From: Bacteroidota bacterium
Lineage (GTDB): Bacteria > Bacteroidota > Ignavibacteria > Kryptoniales > JAKASW01
DNA: 64,000 nt
Assembly: GCA_023480735.1 (NCBI GenBank)
Contig: JAMCXB010000043.1
Span: 12,750-76,749, forward strand
Direction of reading: 5' to 3'
The notes under the pieces were generated by a model. That model was not told the DNA's origin. It ran no database searches and saw nothing but the letters and a program-made list of their open reading frames with translations. Both the position numbers and the translations under genes were made by a program. Below are positions 28,774 through 38,771 of this stretch, in pieces (position 1 is the stretch's first letter; the number at the start of each line of letters is the position of its first letter).

Positions 28774-29121
28774 ATGAAAGCATTGGTCTTCCTTTTGTTT
28801 TCAGTGAGCCTTTCTTTTGCGCGTGCTCCGAGAAGCCCGCTGTCCGCCGGTGACAGTCTATCACGCCATCAGGACCATGAAGTTAGGATGGTTCCGCAAG
28901 TTGGACTTGGTTTGGGTGTGGGAAAGGGGAGCGTGCTCTTTATAATGGCAGGTTGGCAGCTAAATGAGAATTATGCCATCGAGGGAAGGCTCGACGCAAG
29001 AAGCGTGATAAAAAACTCGGACCGCGAGTGGGGTGATTCGGGCGGCTGGAGTATACTGGTACGCCGCCAATTTCCGATCTCATACTATATCATTGTAAAG
29101 CCGCATCTGGATTTCTTTTGA
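28774..29121 (+). CDS. hypothetical small secreted protein (possibly a beta-barrel fragment; ends in Phe)
   Basis: ATG behind GAGGGA. Signal peptide MKALVFLLFSVSLSFA. C-terminal ...HLDFF. No family recognised. Confidence 0.35.
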   Translation: MKALVFLLFSVSLSFARAPRSPLSAGDSLSRHQDHEVRMVPQVGLGLGVGKGSVLFIMAGWQLNENYAIEGRLDARSVIKNSDREWGDSGGWSILVRRQFPISYYIIVKPHLDFF

Positions 29122-29138
29122 TTTGGAGAAGGCGTGTT

Positions 29139-29185
29139 GAAGGTTTCCTTCTCCCGTGGTTCAAACTTAGCCGAAGGAAACCTTC
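29139..29185. terminator. 13-bp perfect inverted repeat between convergent genes (bidirectional terminator candidate)
   Basis: gaaggtttccttc (29139-29151) / gaaggaaaccttc (29173-29185) with a 21-nt loop, followed by ttgctttg. Confidence 0.45.
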
Positions 29186-29205
29186 TTGCTTTGCCCCCGG
29201 TGCAC

Positions 29206-30042
29206 TCATCCGAGATGTTTTAGCATCAGGTAAATAAATGGGGCAGAGAAAAGCAGACTATCGAACCTGTCAAAGATACCTCCGTGACCAGGAATAAGGT
29301 TTGATGAGTCCTTCACCCCTGCGTCTCTCTTGAACATCGACTCGACAAAGTCACCTGCTTGTCCGAGTACACCGACGATGACTCCCATCAACACGGCAAT
29401 TTTCAAACTGAGGTCCGGTATGGCTATGTATTTTGCGGTAACGGCAGTGGCAACTGCGAATATAAATCCGGCGACTCCGCCTTCCCATGTTTTGTTGGGG
29501 CTTACAAACCTGCTCATCTTATGTTTGCCAAAAGCCCTGCCTACGAAGTAAGCCGCGGAATCGCAAATCCATATTGAAGCGAGTATCGCGATGATGAATA
29601 GCCCTGCATCTTTGTCATTCGGAAGGACACTCTGTAGTCCGAGCCTTTCCCTTATTGCGGTAAGCATCGATCCGAAAAGTCCGACGTACACGATTCCGGC
29701 GAGCGTGGTGCCCGCGTTTTCGAAAGTACCGGTCACTTTTTCAGCTCTCCGTCTGGACAACTCCCACAACAGCACGAATGCAATTATCAGGATGAGGAGA
29801 TCGAATGCTGCAGCGATCCCTGACGAATATACGATCGCATTGAGCATTCCGGCAGAGACTACGCCGACAACGGCAGAAGGCTCAATGTTCTTGGACCTCG
29901 CAAGATAGTAGAACTCGTTCACCGCGAAGATAATAATCGCGGTGGTAAAGAGGAAGAAGTAAGGTCCGCCCAAGTAACATGCGATGACGATAAGCGGTAT
30001 TGCGACTACCGCTACCAGAACACGCGCAGTGAGATTTGACAT
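29206..30042 (-). CDS. cdsA: phosphatidate cytidylyltransferase
   Basis: Polytopic, 278 aa. C-terminal signature SMFKRDAGVKDSSNLIPGHGGIFDRFDS. Confidence 0.9.
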   Translation of the reverse strand: MSNLTARVLVAVVAIPLIVIACYLGGPYFFLFTTAIIIFAVNEFYYLARSKNIEPSAVVGVVSAGMLNAIVYSSGIAAAFDLLILIIAFVLLWELSRRRAEKVTGTFENAGTTLAGIVYVGLFGSMLTAIRERLGLQSVLPNDKDAGLFIIAILASIWICDSAAYFVGRAFGKHKMSRFVSPNKTWEGGVAGFIFAVATAVTAKYIAIPDLSLKIAVLMGVIVGVLGQAGDFVESMFKRDAGVKDSSNLIPGHGGIFDRFDSLLFSAPFIYLMLKHLG

Positions 30043-30596
30043 TAGAATTCATCCTCCTCGTCTTCTTCCCATAGACCGAGTGATCTTAAAATATCCTTTG
30101 CCTCTTCAAGCTTGTTGTCGTGTACCAGTATCTCGACGATCGTCGGCCGCACGGCTGCTTCTGTCGAATCGGGGTTCATCTTCGTGAATACCTGCGTCTC
30201 GATCCCCTGCTGTTCCAGGTTGGCGTACAATATGGCGGCTTCGTATTCGAAGTCGAATGTCCGCAGGATTTTCCACTTGTCAAGGTATTGCCGATGCTCG
30301 GGGTCGTCGCAGAGTATCTTATCGCCGTAGTTTTCCGCACACTCGGCGCAGACGGCCTTTCCGCATACGACGCAAAATGCTATTGCGCGGTTGTCTGTGT
30401 GGGTGTCACAGACTATGCCTTCATCCACCGCCTTTTCTTCGTTTATTGCGCCGCAATTGGCACAATACAGGTATGTTTCAGCATCGATTTGCCCGCCGCA
30501 GTTACGGCAACGTCCCGGAGACGTCGGTTCAGATCCGCACTGAGGGCAGTGCGAGAAGTCGTTCGCACTTATAAATCCGCAATTTGAACAGATCAC
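30042..30596 (-). CDS. zinc-ribbon-rich protein with a DUF2007-like C-terminal domain
   Basis: N-terminal CxxC pairs (CSNCG...CPQCG, CRNCG...CANCG, CVVCG...CAEC). C-terminal alpha/beta-like segment and an acidic tail EEDEEDEF. TAATG junction with cdsA. Confidence 0.55.
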   Translation of the reverse strand: MICSNCGFISANDFSHCPQCGSEPTSPGRCRNCGGQIDAETYLYCANCGAINEEKAVDEGIVCDTHTDNRAIAFCVVCGKAVCAECAENYGDKILCDDPEHRQYLDKWKILRTFDFEYEAAILYANLEQQGIETQVFTKMNPDSTEAAVRPTIVEILVHDNKLEEAKDILRSLGLWEEDEEDEF

Positions 30597-31498
30597 TGCT
30601 TAAGCGCCTCCTGGATTTCGTGGTGATGTTTTTTTGTAAGATAGAGAGTGGCAAGGAATATCATCGCCAGCAAAATTGACAATGCTAAGAGGTACCATAG
30701 GTTGACTTTTTGACCGACGGATGGTGCGATGAGACTGTCTCTTCCGGATTCATAATAGACAAATGCCGAGATGAAGTTGTTGGTGAAGTGTGCCGCCATA
30801 GGTACCAGTATACTTCCGGTTGTTGAAACGAGATAGCCGAAGTAAATTCCCAGAACGCATAGCGCCACGAAGGTAAACGGGTCAAGATGATAGGCTCCGA
30901 AGATTATGCCGGTCCATATTATAGCCTTGTTTCTTGACATCGGCATCTCGAAGTTGCTTTGGACCAATCCGCGAAACAATGTCTCCTCGCAGATGGCGGG
31001 CGTGACGCCGACAACGAGAAGAACGAAGAGAAATTCGCCGGGGCTGTGCGCCGTTATGAGTATCTTGTAAGTGTGCTCGACCGCCTGCTGAAACTGGTTA
31101 ACGAACTTGTCCAGAGGTGCGGGAACGGGGATCAGCCCCTGGAAATAAAGGTAAACTTCGAGGAGTTGTTCCAGAGCTATAACTCCGACAACGGCCAGAA
31201 TCACATAATACCAATCCGTCTTCCTGATTCGAAGGAACTCCTTCCAACTGCCTACCTGAATCTTTGTCAGGAAGTAGGTGGGTATGAGAATAAAGATGAA
31301 CTCCGCTATCATGGTGGCGAGTCTGAAGATGACCGCCTGATCGGCTGTCGGCGCATTACCGAAGAGATAGATAGTCAGTCCGCCACCGATGAGTTGGTAA
31401 AGAAAAAATACCAGCACGAGAGAAAGTAGGGCAAACCCTATCGGATTGAATCTTGGTCCATTTCCGACTGGTTCGTGAATCGCTTCGTCTTCTGACAA
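30593..31498 (-). CDS. CPBP-family (CAAX-type) intramembrane metalloprotease
   Basis: Motifs EETLFRG, FGAYH and HFTNN within a polytopic protein of 301 aa. Confidence 0.8.
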   Translation of the reverse strand: MSEDEAIHEPVGNGPRFNPIGFALLSLVLVFFLYQLIGGGLTIYLFGNAPTADQAVIFRLATMIAEFIFILIPTYFLTKIQVGSWKEFLRIRKTDWYYVILAVVGVIALEQLLEVYLYFQGLIPVPAPLDKFVNQFQQAVEHTYKILITAHSPGEFLFVLLVVGVTPAICEETLFRGLVQSNFEMPMSRNKAIIWTGIIFGAYHLDPFTFVALCVLGIYFGYLVSTTGSILVPMAAHFTNNFISAFVYYESGRDSLIAPSVGQKVNLWYLLALSILLAMIFLATLYLTKKHHHEIQEALKQ

Positions 31499-31506
31499 GT
31501 TGTCTC

Positions 31507-32400
31507 CTAGAATTTTGACGTCAGTTTCCCGGCGAGACCACTGTAGCTCACTAGCTCAGCAACGACAGATCCGATCAGGACTTCGGTCTGCACTTTTATG
31601 GGCAGTTTCAGTGAGTCATCGCTTATCCAAATAACTATTCGCCCTGTGTTCTTAAACAGCCCCCCTTTGACGATAATCGGCTCAATAATCTGGCAGTGAA
31701 ATCTTCCGGCCTTGGTCCTAACATCCTGATGCCCAAGATATTTTACATCGAGTGGGTAAACTTTGTTGTCATAGAAATTTGAGAAATGGATTTCCTGCCC
31801 GACTTTCAGTGTGTCGTAGTTCAATGTTCTCGCGTAGTAGAAGGTACTGACAGCGTCCTGGGTGTATGGGGTTATCTTATACGGTCCGCCGGAACTAGTT
31901 TCCGCCGTATGATCTGTCTGGTTGAACCACGCCGTGAAGTCTTTCTTATATCCGCCCTCTCTTACGTGCTGCTCGAATTTCCATGGGAAAAGACCCTGAA
32001 CGTCGATGTATGATAAGTAGGAGTCTCTGACTTTGAAGAAAAAATCGAAGAATTTCGCCGACCGCATGGAGAAGTCAACTCTGTAGCATTTTCTTCCTGC
32101 ATAGTAAACGTAAGATGGGATGGAAATAGTGGCCGCTCCGGCGACTATCGGACCGTATTGGATATCGTAATTTAATTTTTCGCCGACAGTGAACGCCTCA
32201 TTGTGAAGAACGCGGAAAAGAGCGTCATCCAGATCATAGCCTTTATGTTCAGGCTGTGACTTTGATACGGTATCCTTATGAACAGAGGGATGGACAATTC
32301 CAGCCGGGTATGTTTTGAGTTCTCGGGAGAATGATCCGAAATAGGCTCCCATAAATAGAAGGGCGGCCGCCGGCGCAAGTATGAGGAGTCTGTTTTTCAC
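31507..32400 (-). CDS. DUF3108-like secreted protein
   Basis: GTG start, signal peptide, GEKLNYDIQYGPIVAGAATISI-type N-terminal strands. Call made by recollection of the family. Confidence 0.6.
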   Translation of the reverse strand: MKNRLLILAPAAALLFMGAYFGSFSRELKTYPAGIVHPSVHKDTVSKSQPEHKGYDLDDALFRVLHNEAFTVGEKLNYDIQYGPIVAGAATISIPSYVYYAGRKCYRVDFSMRSAKFFDFFFKVRDSYLSYIDVQGLFPWKFEQHVREGGYKKDFTAWFNQTDHTAETSSGGPYKITPYTQDAVSTFYYARTLNYDTLKVGQEIHFSNFYDNKVYPLDVKYLGHQDVRTKAGRFHCQIIEPIIVKGGLFKNTGRIVIWISDDSLKLPIKVQTEVLIGSVVAELVSYSGLAGKLTSKF

Positions 32401-33386
32401 TAAGCTTTTACCGAAATTAGGCTGGTTATCGACTGCATGACATCCTTCACGTCAATTGAGGAGAGGTTATCTGAACCATCTTTCGGCGTCAGAATAATTT
32501 TTCTGCCGGTCAGGGGAGCCCACCTAACCGGAGTCATGGGCGGGTTGTTCGGATAAATGCCTACGATCGGAGTCCCTACTGAAGCGGCAAGGTGAAGCGG
32601 GCCAGTGGAATTCGACGCAAATAATTCCGCTTGGGAAAGGAGCGCGATGAATTCGCGGAGCGAAAACCTGCCAGCCGTATTTAAAGATTGTGATATCCCT
32701 TCAGATGTTCTCGCACAGAGTTCATGCTCAGAAGACGTGCCCGTAATCAGGACTTTTAATCCAAGATCGTCGGCTACGGCGCGCGTCAGACTGCGAAAAT
32801 TGTCTGGTCCCCATTCGTATGCAGATCCTCCGCTGCCGGGATGTATTACGACAAATCTTCCGATTTCATTACTGTCCATGAACTGTCTTACATTTCGCAG
32901 GGCTTCTGTGTCTACTTCGAGGTGAGTATCGAGAACGACTTCCCCGCATCCCAGTGTTCTTGCAAGAGTAAGATTGTATTCCGCCTCACTCTTGACGGAA
33001 TCTTTTCTGTGTTCATGAACCTTTGAGTTGTGGAGGAAAGAGTACCAGCGATATGCTGTACCGACCCGCATCGGAATTCCTGCTTGAAAGGACGCAAAGG
33101 ACACCTTGAATCTGGGGAAGAGGATGAGGATGACATCCGCATTTACTCGTTTGAGTTTCTGACGGATGGAATAAATCGATTCACCCGGCTCAATAGTCAT
33201 TACTCGATCCACGGCTCGAGATGATGAGACCACATCAGACGCGTATCCGCTGACCAGCGCGGTGAGTTCCGAGTCCGGGTAGCATCTCTTGAGAGTCGCG
33301 AAAACCGGAAGGGAAAGGACGACATCGCCAATTCTGTCAGTGCGGGCTACAATGATTCTCTTAGGCTTGTCTAACATTCGAAGCAA
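32400..33386 (-). CDS. glycosyltransferase family 9 (LPS heptosyltransferase-like)
   Basis: RIIVARTDRIGDVVLSLPVFATLKRCYP N-terminus and a C-terminal ...SNSTGPLHLAASVGTPIVGIY motif. Confidence 0.8.
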   Translation of the reverse strand: MLRMLDKPKRIIVARTDRIGDVVLSLPVFATLKRCYPDSELTALVSGYASDVVSSSRAVDRVMTIEPGESIYSIRQKLKRVNADVILILFPRFKVSFASFQAGIPMRVGTAYRWYSFLHNSKVHEHRKDSVKSEAEYNLTLARTLGCGEVVLDTHLEVDTEALRNVRQFMDSNEIGRFVVIHPGSGGSAYEWGPDNFRSLTRAVADDLGLKVLITGTSSEHELCARTSEGISQSLNTAGRFSLREFIALLSQAELFASNSTGPLHLAASVGTPIVGIYPNNPPMTPVRWAPLTGRKIILTPKDGSDNLSSIDVKDVMQSITSLISVKA

Positions 33387-33582
33387 TATAATGTTAGCAC
33401 GACTTCAAATTCAATTTTCGACGAGCTTCGGGAGCGTGGAATTTGAAGTGGCTTTCACTTGAGGCTCCCAATGTTTATAATTGTCAAAAGCGGAGGAGGC
33501 CCCGTTGTTTCCGTTTATTTCGCCCGCCTGTTTCAATCCTTGGTGTGCGAGTCGTCTGTTGTGATTTATGAGGAGGTTTTAG

Positions 33583-34836
33583 GTGCAGGACGAAAACTTT
33601 AGTCTCTTTGATCGACAGGTAAATGTTCCGATCGAAGATAAGATCCTGAAGGTAAAGGACCTTACGAGAATGGCCAAGGAGATTCTCGAGCAGAGTTTTC
33701 CATCGGTAATCGTTGAAGGGGAAATCTCGAACTTCAAGAGACATATGCCTTCCGGACACCTATATTTCACACTAAAAGATGACGAAGCGCAGATCCGCGT
33801 TGTGATGTGGCGCTCTGATGCAGTGCGGCTGAAGTTCGGTATCAGCGACGGCATGAAGGTTCTCGTAAAGGGTAGAGTATCACTATACGAACCGCGGGGT
33901 GACTTCCAATTGTACGCAGCAAACATAACTCCAGCAGGACAGGGAGCACTCCAGCTTGCCTTTGAGCAGCTCAAGAAGAAATTGGAAGAAGAAGGACTTT
34001 TCTCCGAGGAGCACAAGAAGCCCATCCCGGTGTTCCCGAGAAGGATCGGAGTTGTAACGTCTCTCGAGGGAGCCGCGGTTCGCGATATAATCAGTATAAT
34101 CAATAGACGATTTCCGGCTGTTGAGCTGGTCATTTATCCCGTCAAAGTACAAGGTGAAGGCGCCGCGGAGGAAATAGCGCGGGCTATTGACGACTTCAAC
34201 AGGGGACCTATCGTGGATGTGTTGATCGTCGGGAGGGGAGGCGGAAGCCTCGAGGACCTGTGGGCGTTCAACGAGGAAATCGTGGCACGTTCGATTTTTA
34301 ACAGCAATGTTCCGGTAATTAGTGCAGTCGGCCATCAGGTTGACTTCACCATAGCGGATTTTGTTGCCGACGTGCGTGCCGCTACTCCGAGTGCCGCAGC
34401 TGAACTCGTGGTTCCGGACCGGTCGGAATTTCTGGAAGGACTGCAGACTTCAATCGGGAAGATGTCGAAGGCGGTCGAACGGGCCACTGACCAGCTTACT
34501 TTGGAACTGGATAAACTGATGCACCACTATGCGCTCCGGCAGCCGGTTTCTCTTGTCGAGCAGAAGCTGCAGTTTGTGGATGACCTATCCAGAAGGGTCC
34601 AGACATCGGCGGAACACTTTCTTGACAGCAATGATCAGAAAATAAAGTCGATCCACTCTCACTTGAATGCCTTGAGTCCGAACGGGATCCTCCGCCGGGG
34701 ATACGCCTTTGTGGAATCTTCTGGCGAAGTTGTTACCTCTGTAATGAAGGTGGAAATAGGACAATCCGCATCGATACATTTGCACGATGGAATCTTAGAT
34801 ACACAAATTACCGGAAAACATGAGCAAAAACACTAA
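33583..34836 (+). CDS. xseA: exodeoxyribonuclease VII large subunit
   Basis: GTG behind GAGGAGG. OB-fold N-terminus (VIVEGEISNFKRHMPSGHLYFTLKD) and ...RIGVVTSLEGAAVRDI...GRGGGSLEDLWAFNEE. Confidence 0.95.
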   Translation: MQDENFSLFDRQVNVPIEDKILKVKDLTRMAKEILEQSFPSVIVEGEISNFKRHMPSGHLYFTLKDDEAQIRVVMWRSDAVRLKFGISDGMKVLVKGRVSLYEPRGDFQLYAANITPAGQGALQLAFEQLKKKLEEEGLFSEEHKKPIPVFPRRIGVVTSLEGAAVRDIISIINRRFPAVELVIYPVKVQGEGAAEEIARAIDDFNRGPIVDVLIVGRGGGSLEDLWAFNEEIVARSIFNSNVPVISAVGHQVDFTIADFVADVRAATPSAAAELVVPDRSEFLEGLQTSIGKMSKAVERATDQLTLELDKLMHHYALRQPVSLVEQKLQFVDDLSRRVQTSAEHFLDSNDQKIKSIHSHLNALSPNGILRRGYAFVESSGEVVTSVMKVEIGQSASIHLHDGILDTQITGKHEQKH

Positions 34837-35062
34837 GACGAAAGAAGCTGTGAGCTTCGAGGTTTCTTTGAAGAGACTCGAAGAAATCGTAGATACCCTC
34901 GAGGCGGGGAATGCGCCGTTAGACGAGTCGATCAAGCTTTATGAAGAAGGTATGACGCTTGCCAAGTCTTGCATGATGCAGTTGAACGAGGCTAAATTAA
35001 AGCTGAAAAAAATCCAAAGAGCTACAGGAGGCGCCATTGAAGAGAACGATCTTGAACTTTGA
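34820..35062 (+). CDS. xseB: exodeoxyribonuclease VII small subunit
   Basis: 80 aa. FEVSLKRLEEIVDTLEAGNAPLDESIKLYEEGMTLAKSC. Overlaps the xseA end. Confidence 0.9.
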   Translation: MSKNTKTKEAVSFEVSLKRLEEIVDTLEAGNAPLDESIKLYEEGMTLAKSCMMQLNEAKLKLKKIQRATGGAIEENDLEL

Positions 35063-35073
35063 ACGGAGAGCAG

Positions 35074-36987
35074 ATGGAGTATAAGTACCTATATTCGATA
35101 AATTCTCCGGAGGATCTCAGGAAGCTCGACCTGAAGGATCTGAAGATTGTTGCACAGGAACTGCGGGAGTTCCTCATTGACACCATATCGAAGATCGGGG
35201 GGCATCTCGGCGCAAGCCTCGGCTCAGTAGAGCTGACCCTGGCCTTGCATTATGTCTTCAACACACCTGTCGACCAGATCATATGGGATGTCGGACATCA
35301 GGGATATATCCATAAGATCATTACGGGAAGGCGTGACGTCTTTCAGACGGTAAGGCAATTTCACGGGATAAGCGGTTTCCTCAAGCGTTCGGAGAGTCCT
35401 TACGATGTGTTTGGTGCCGGACACGCAAGCACTTCGGTGTCAGCAGCAATAGGAATCGCGACGGCACGCGACTTCATGAATGAGAAATTCAAAGTCGTCG
35501 CGGTGATAGGAGACGGTGCAATGACCGGCGGGATGGCATACGAGGCCATGAACAATGCCGGCATGCTGAAGAAGAATTTAATCGTAGTCCTGAACGACAA
35601 CAGGATGTCTATCGCACCGAACGTCTGGGCCGTTTCCAACTACTTCAGTAGTTTCACCGTTACCGGGGCATACAACAGACTGAAATCAGACGTGTGGGAC
35701 CTCACCGGCAAACTTGATTTGGTCGGTGATCGCATAAGAAAGGTTGCGGGCCGCATCGAGACGGGGATGAAGGCAGTCTTCACGCCGGGGATGCTTTTTG
35801 AAGCTCTCGGATTCAGGTATTTCGGTCCGTTCAACGGGCACAACCTGCCGCAGCTGGTCAAAACTTTCAATGAGGTGAAGGATCTCAAGGGTCCTCTTCT
35901 TGTCCATGTCACAACCGAGAAGGGAAAAGGATATCTTCCCGCCGAGGAAGACGATCAGAGACTTCATGGCGTGGTCGCTTTTGACAAGGTTACCGGCACT
36001 CAGTTCAAGAAGAATGGCCCGCCTGCATTGACAAAGGTGTTTGGCGAGGCACTGGTCGAAATTGCAAGAGAAAACGAGAAGGTTGTCGGCGTTACGGCTG
36101 CGATGCCTGACGGTACGGGGCTTAATATTCTTCAAAAGGAATTTCCCGAGAGGTTCTTCGACGTCGGCATAGCCGAGCAGCATGCCGTCACGTTCTGTGC
36201 AGGAATGGCTACACAGGGTTATGTGCCGGTTGCGGCCATATACTCTACCTTCCTTCAGAGAGCTTTCGATCAAATCATTCACGATGTGGCTCTTCAACAG
36301 CTGCATGTTGTGTTTGTTCTTGATCGCGGCGGTCTCGTCGGAGCAGACGGTCCGACCCATCACGGTGCCTTCGACCTGACGTATCTCCGGCTCGTGCCCG
36401 GCATGGTAATCATGGCTCCGAAGGATGAAAACGAGCTGCGCGATATGTTACTGACCGCTGTGAATTACAAGGAAGGTCCCATCGCTTTGCGATATCCGCG
36501 TGCGAGTGCGCTCGAAGCGCCTGCGAAGGAGATGCGGACAGTTGCGCTGGGTAAGGGCGAAGTAGTCCGAGAAGGTGACGACGTCGCCATCCTGGCAGTC
36601 GGGATAATGGTTCAACATTCGCTTAAGGCGGCGGATTTGCTGGACAAGGAGGGAATTCACGCCAAGGTCGTGAACATGCGATTTGTGAAGCCGATTGATA
36701 CTGAACTGCTCGACGAATTGGCGGAGAAATTTGATAATATCGTGACGGTTGAAGACAATTCCGTGGTTGGCGGGTTTGGAAGCGCCGTGCTCGAAACGCT
36801 CCAGGAAATTGGCAAACCACGGCGTGTTTTGAGGGTTGGGCTGCCTGATTCCTTTATCGAACATGGGTCTCCTCAGCAGCTCTATGAACTCGTCGGACTA
36901 GACCCTGAAGGATTGGCCGACAAGGTGGTGCACTTTATCAACGTTGAAGGGTCATCGCCCAGACAAACCGTATTGGTAAACAAATAA
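35074..36987 (+). CDS. dxs: 1-deoxy-D-xylulose-5-phosphate synthase
   Basis: ATG behind GGAGAG. GGHLGASLGSVELTLALH and the TPP motif GDGAMTGGMAYEAMNNAG. Confidence 0.95.
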   Translation: MEYKYLYSINSPEDLRKLDLKDLKIVAQELREFLIDTISKIGGHLGASLGSVELTLALHYVFNTPVDQIIWDVGHQGYIHKIITGRRDVFQTVRQFHGISGFLKRSESPYDVFGAGHASTSVSAAIGIATARDFMNEKFKVVAVIGDGAMTGGMAYEAMNNAGMLKKNLIVVLNDNRMSIAPNVWAVSNYFSSFTVTGAYNRLKSDVWDLTGKLDLVGDRIRKVAGRIETGMKAVFTPGMLFEALGFRYFGPFNGHNLPQLVKTFNEVKDLKGPLLVHVTTEKGKGYLPAEEDDQRLHGVVAFDKVTGTQFKKNGPPALTKVFGEALVEIARENEKVVGVTAAMPDGTGLNILQKEFPERFFDVGIAEQHAVTFCAGMATQGYVPVAAIYSTFLQRAFDQIIHDVALQQLHVVFVLDRGGLVGADGPTHHGAFDLTYLRLVPGMVIMAPKDENELRDMLLTAVNYKEGPIALRYPRASALEAPAKEMRTVALGKGEVVREGDDVAILAVGIMVQHSLKAADLLDKEGIHAKVVNMRFVKPIDTELLDELAEKFDNIVTVEDNSVVGGFGSAVLETLQEIGKPRRVLRVGLPDSFIEHGSPQQLYELVGLDPEGLADKVVHFINVEGSSPRQTVLVNK

Positions 36988-36990
36988 CCT

Positions 36991-37992
36991 ATGGAAGATA
37001 TCAGACTGGGGGTTATCGGCGGAGGTGCAATAGCCCAGGTTATTCACCTCCCGCTTCTGAAGAAAATAAGCGGCGTAAAAGTAGTAGCGCTTTCTGAACT
37101 TGATAACCAGAGGTTGCAGATTCTGGGAACCCAGCATAATATATCCAGACTTTATCCGACACCCGAGAAGCTGCTGGAGGACCCCGACATAGATGCGGTT
37201 GACATTTGTACTTCGAGCGAAAGCCATTTCCAAATTGCACTCAATGCATTGAACGCAGGTAAGAATGTCCTTATCGAGAAGCCGCCCACTATAAGCAACG
37301 GTGAATGCGAGATGCTGGCAAAGGTCGCCGCGGAGAAAAACAAAGTCGTCCTGGCCGCGATGAATAACAGATTCCGGGCTGACTTCATGATGCTAAAGAG
37401 TTACATGATCGACAAACAGCTCGGCGATGTTTTTTATATTAATGCCGCATGGCACAAGAAGGAGCCAAGCACTAAAGTCCGCGTTAACTCTAAGTCGGAT
37501 TCGAGTCGGGGAGTCATGTTGGATCTCGGTATAGTACTCATCGACCTCTCTCTCTGGCTTCTTGATTTCCCGAAAATAAACGGAGTGAATGCTGCCTTCT
37601 TCAGCCGCCGCTTCAAGAAGGTTGAGGATACGGCATTGGTTACCATGCGAACCAGTTCAGGTGCAATGATAAGATTAGACTCGAGCTGGGGTTTGCAGCA
37701 ACCCGACGAGAGCTTTAAATTCGAAGTATATGGCACCAATGGAACTGCTACTTTGAGTCCTTTGCTGCTCCATCATCGGGTAAAGGATGAGCTGGTAAGC
37801 CTGACACCCGTGCAAAATTCGAAATTCGAAAATGTGTTCAAACGGAGCTACGAGACCGAGCTGACCAACTTTGTCCGATTCCTGACGGGCGTGAAGACGG
37901 ACGTCCCTACGATTAACCAGATGTGTCATGTTATGAAAATCGTCGATGCGTCGTATTCTTCGGCGAAACGAGAAAGCGCCGTGAAGCTCTGA
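36991..37992 (+). CDS. Gfo/Idh/MocA-family NAD(P)-dependent oxidoreductase
   Basis: Rossmann N-terminus RLGVIGGGAIAQ and the LIEKPP motif. 333 aa. Confidence 0.85.
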   Translation: MEDIRLGVIGGGAIAQVIHLPLLKKISGVKVVALSELDNQRLQILGTQHNISRLYPTPEKLLEDPDIDAVDICTSSESHFQIALNALNAGKNVLIEKPPTISNGECEMLAKVAAEKNKVVLAAMNNRFRADFMMLKSYMIDKQLGDVFYINAAWHKKEPSTKVRVNSKSDSSRGVMLDLGIVLIDLSLWLLDFPKINGVNAAFFSRRFKKVEDTALVTMRTSSGAMIRLDSSWGLQQPDESFKFEVYGTNGTATLSPLLLHHRVKDELVSLTPVQNSKFENVFKRSYETELTNFVRFLTGVKTDVPTINQMCHVMKIVDASYSSAKRESAVKL

Positions 37993-38765
37993 TGGCCGTA
38001 ATTGTTCTCCTGACCGATTTTGGTGTCAAAGACTATTTCGTCGGCGCGATGAAGGGGGTAATCGCTTCGGTTAATCCTGTCGTCCATGTCGTAGACCTTA
38101 CCCATGAGATTGAGCGTCAGGATGTTCGCCAAGCTTCGTTTGTCCTCTGGGCCTCAAGGAAGTCGTTCCCCGAAGATGCTATTTTCGTGAATGTCGTAGA
38201 CCCGGGTGTCGGCAGCAAGCGAAAGATTATTTGCGGAAAAATCGATGGTCAGATCTTCCTGGCGCCCGACAACGGATTGCTGGATTATGTCGCAGCGGAG
38301 GCGAATGAGAAAGAGTTTTATGCCGTTACCAGTGAAGGCTTCTTTCTCAAGAACGTCAGCAGCACTTTCCATGGCAGAGATATTTTTGCACCCGTCTCAG
38401 CTTACCTGTCCCGCGGAATTCGGTTGAATGAGTTAGGTGAGAGATTCCTTTATCCTGAAGTCAAACCCTTTTATAAGGCCATCGACACGGGCAAGAACAC
38501 TGGAGAGGTTGTCTATCACGACCGGTTCGGTAATGTGTTTACAAACTTTCTATGGGACGATATCCTTCTCGCAAAGGCGTCGAATGTGAAAATGGGGGCC
38601 AGAGTAGTCTCAAGGTTTTATCTGTCATACTCTGAGGCACAGGGTAGAGCCGTGTCGGGGATAAGAGGAAGCAGCGGCCTCCTCGAATTAGCGATAAATC
38701 GCGGGGATGCTGCCAGGTCGCTGAAGACAAAGATAGGGCAGAAAATCATCCTTACAACGAGATAG
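37992..38765 (+). CDS. SAM hydrolase / SAM hydroxide adenosyltransferase family protein (DUF62)
   Basis: ATG 37992 overlaps the preceding stop. N-terminus VIVLLTDFGVKDYFVGAMKGVI and ...VVDPGVGS..., ...TFHGRDIFAP... Confidence 0.8.
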   Translation: MAVIVLLTDFGVKDYFVGAMKGVIASVNPVVHVVDLTHEIERQDVRQASFVLWASRKSFPEDAIFVNVVDPGVGSKRKIICGKIDGQIFLAPDNGLLDYVAAEANEKEFYAVTSEGFFLKNVSSTFHGRDIFAPVSAYLSRGIRLNELGERFLYPEVKPFYKAIDTGKNTGEVVYHDRFGNVFTNFLWDDILLAKASNVKMGARVVSRFYLSYSEAQGRAVSGIRGSSGLLELAINRGDAARSLKTKIGQKIILTTR

Positions 38766-38771
38766 CTTCCT

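Noticed and set aside
38766-38771. Looked for an FMN riboswitch upstream of ribD (and a TPP element upstream of dxs).
   Set aside because: The intergenic gaps are only 6 nt and about 10 nt, so these genes are read through from upstream genes.
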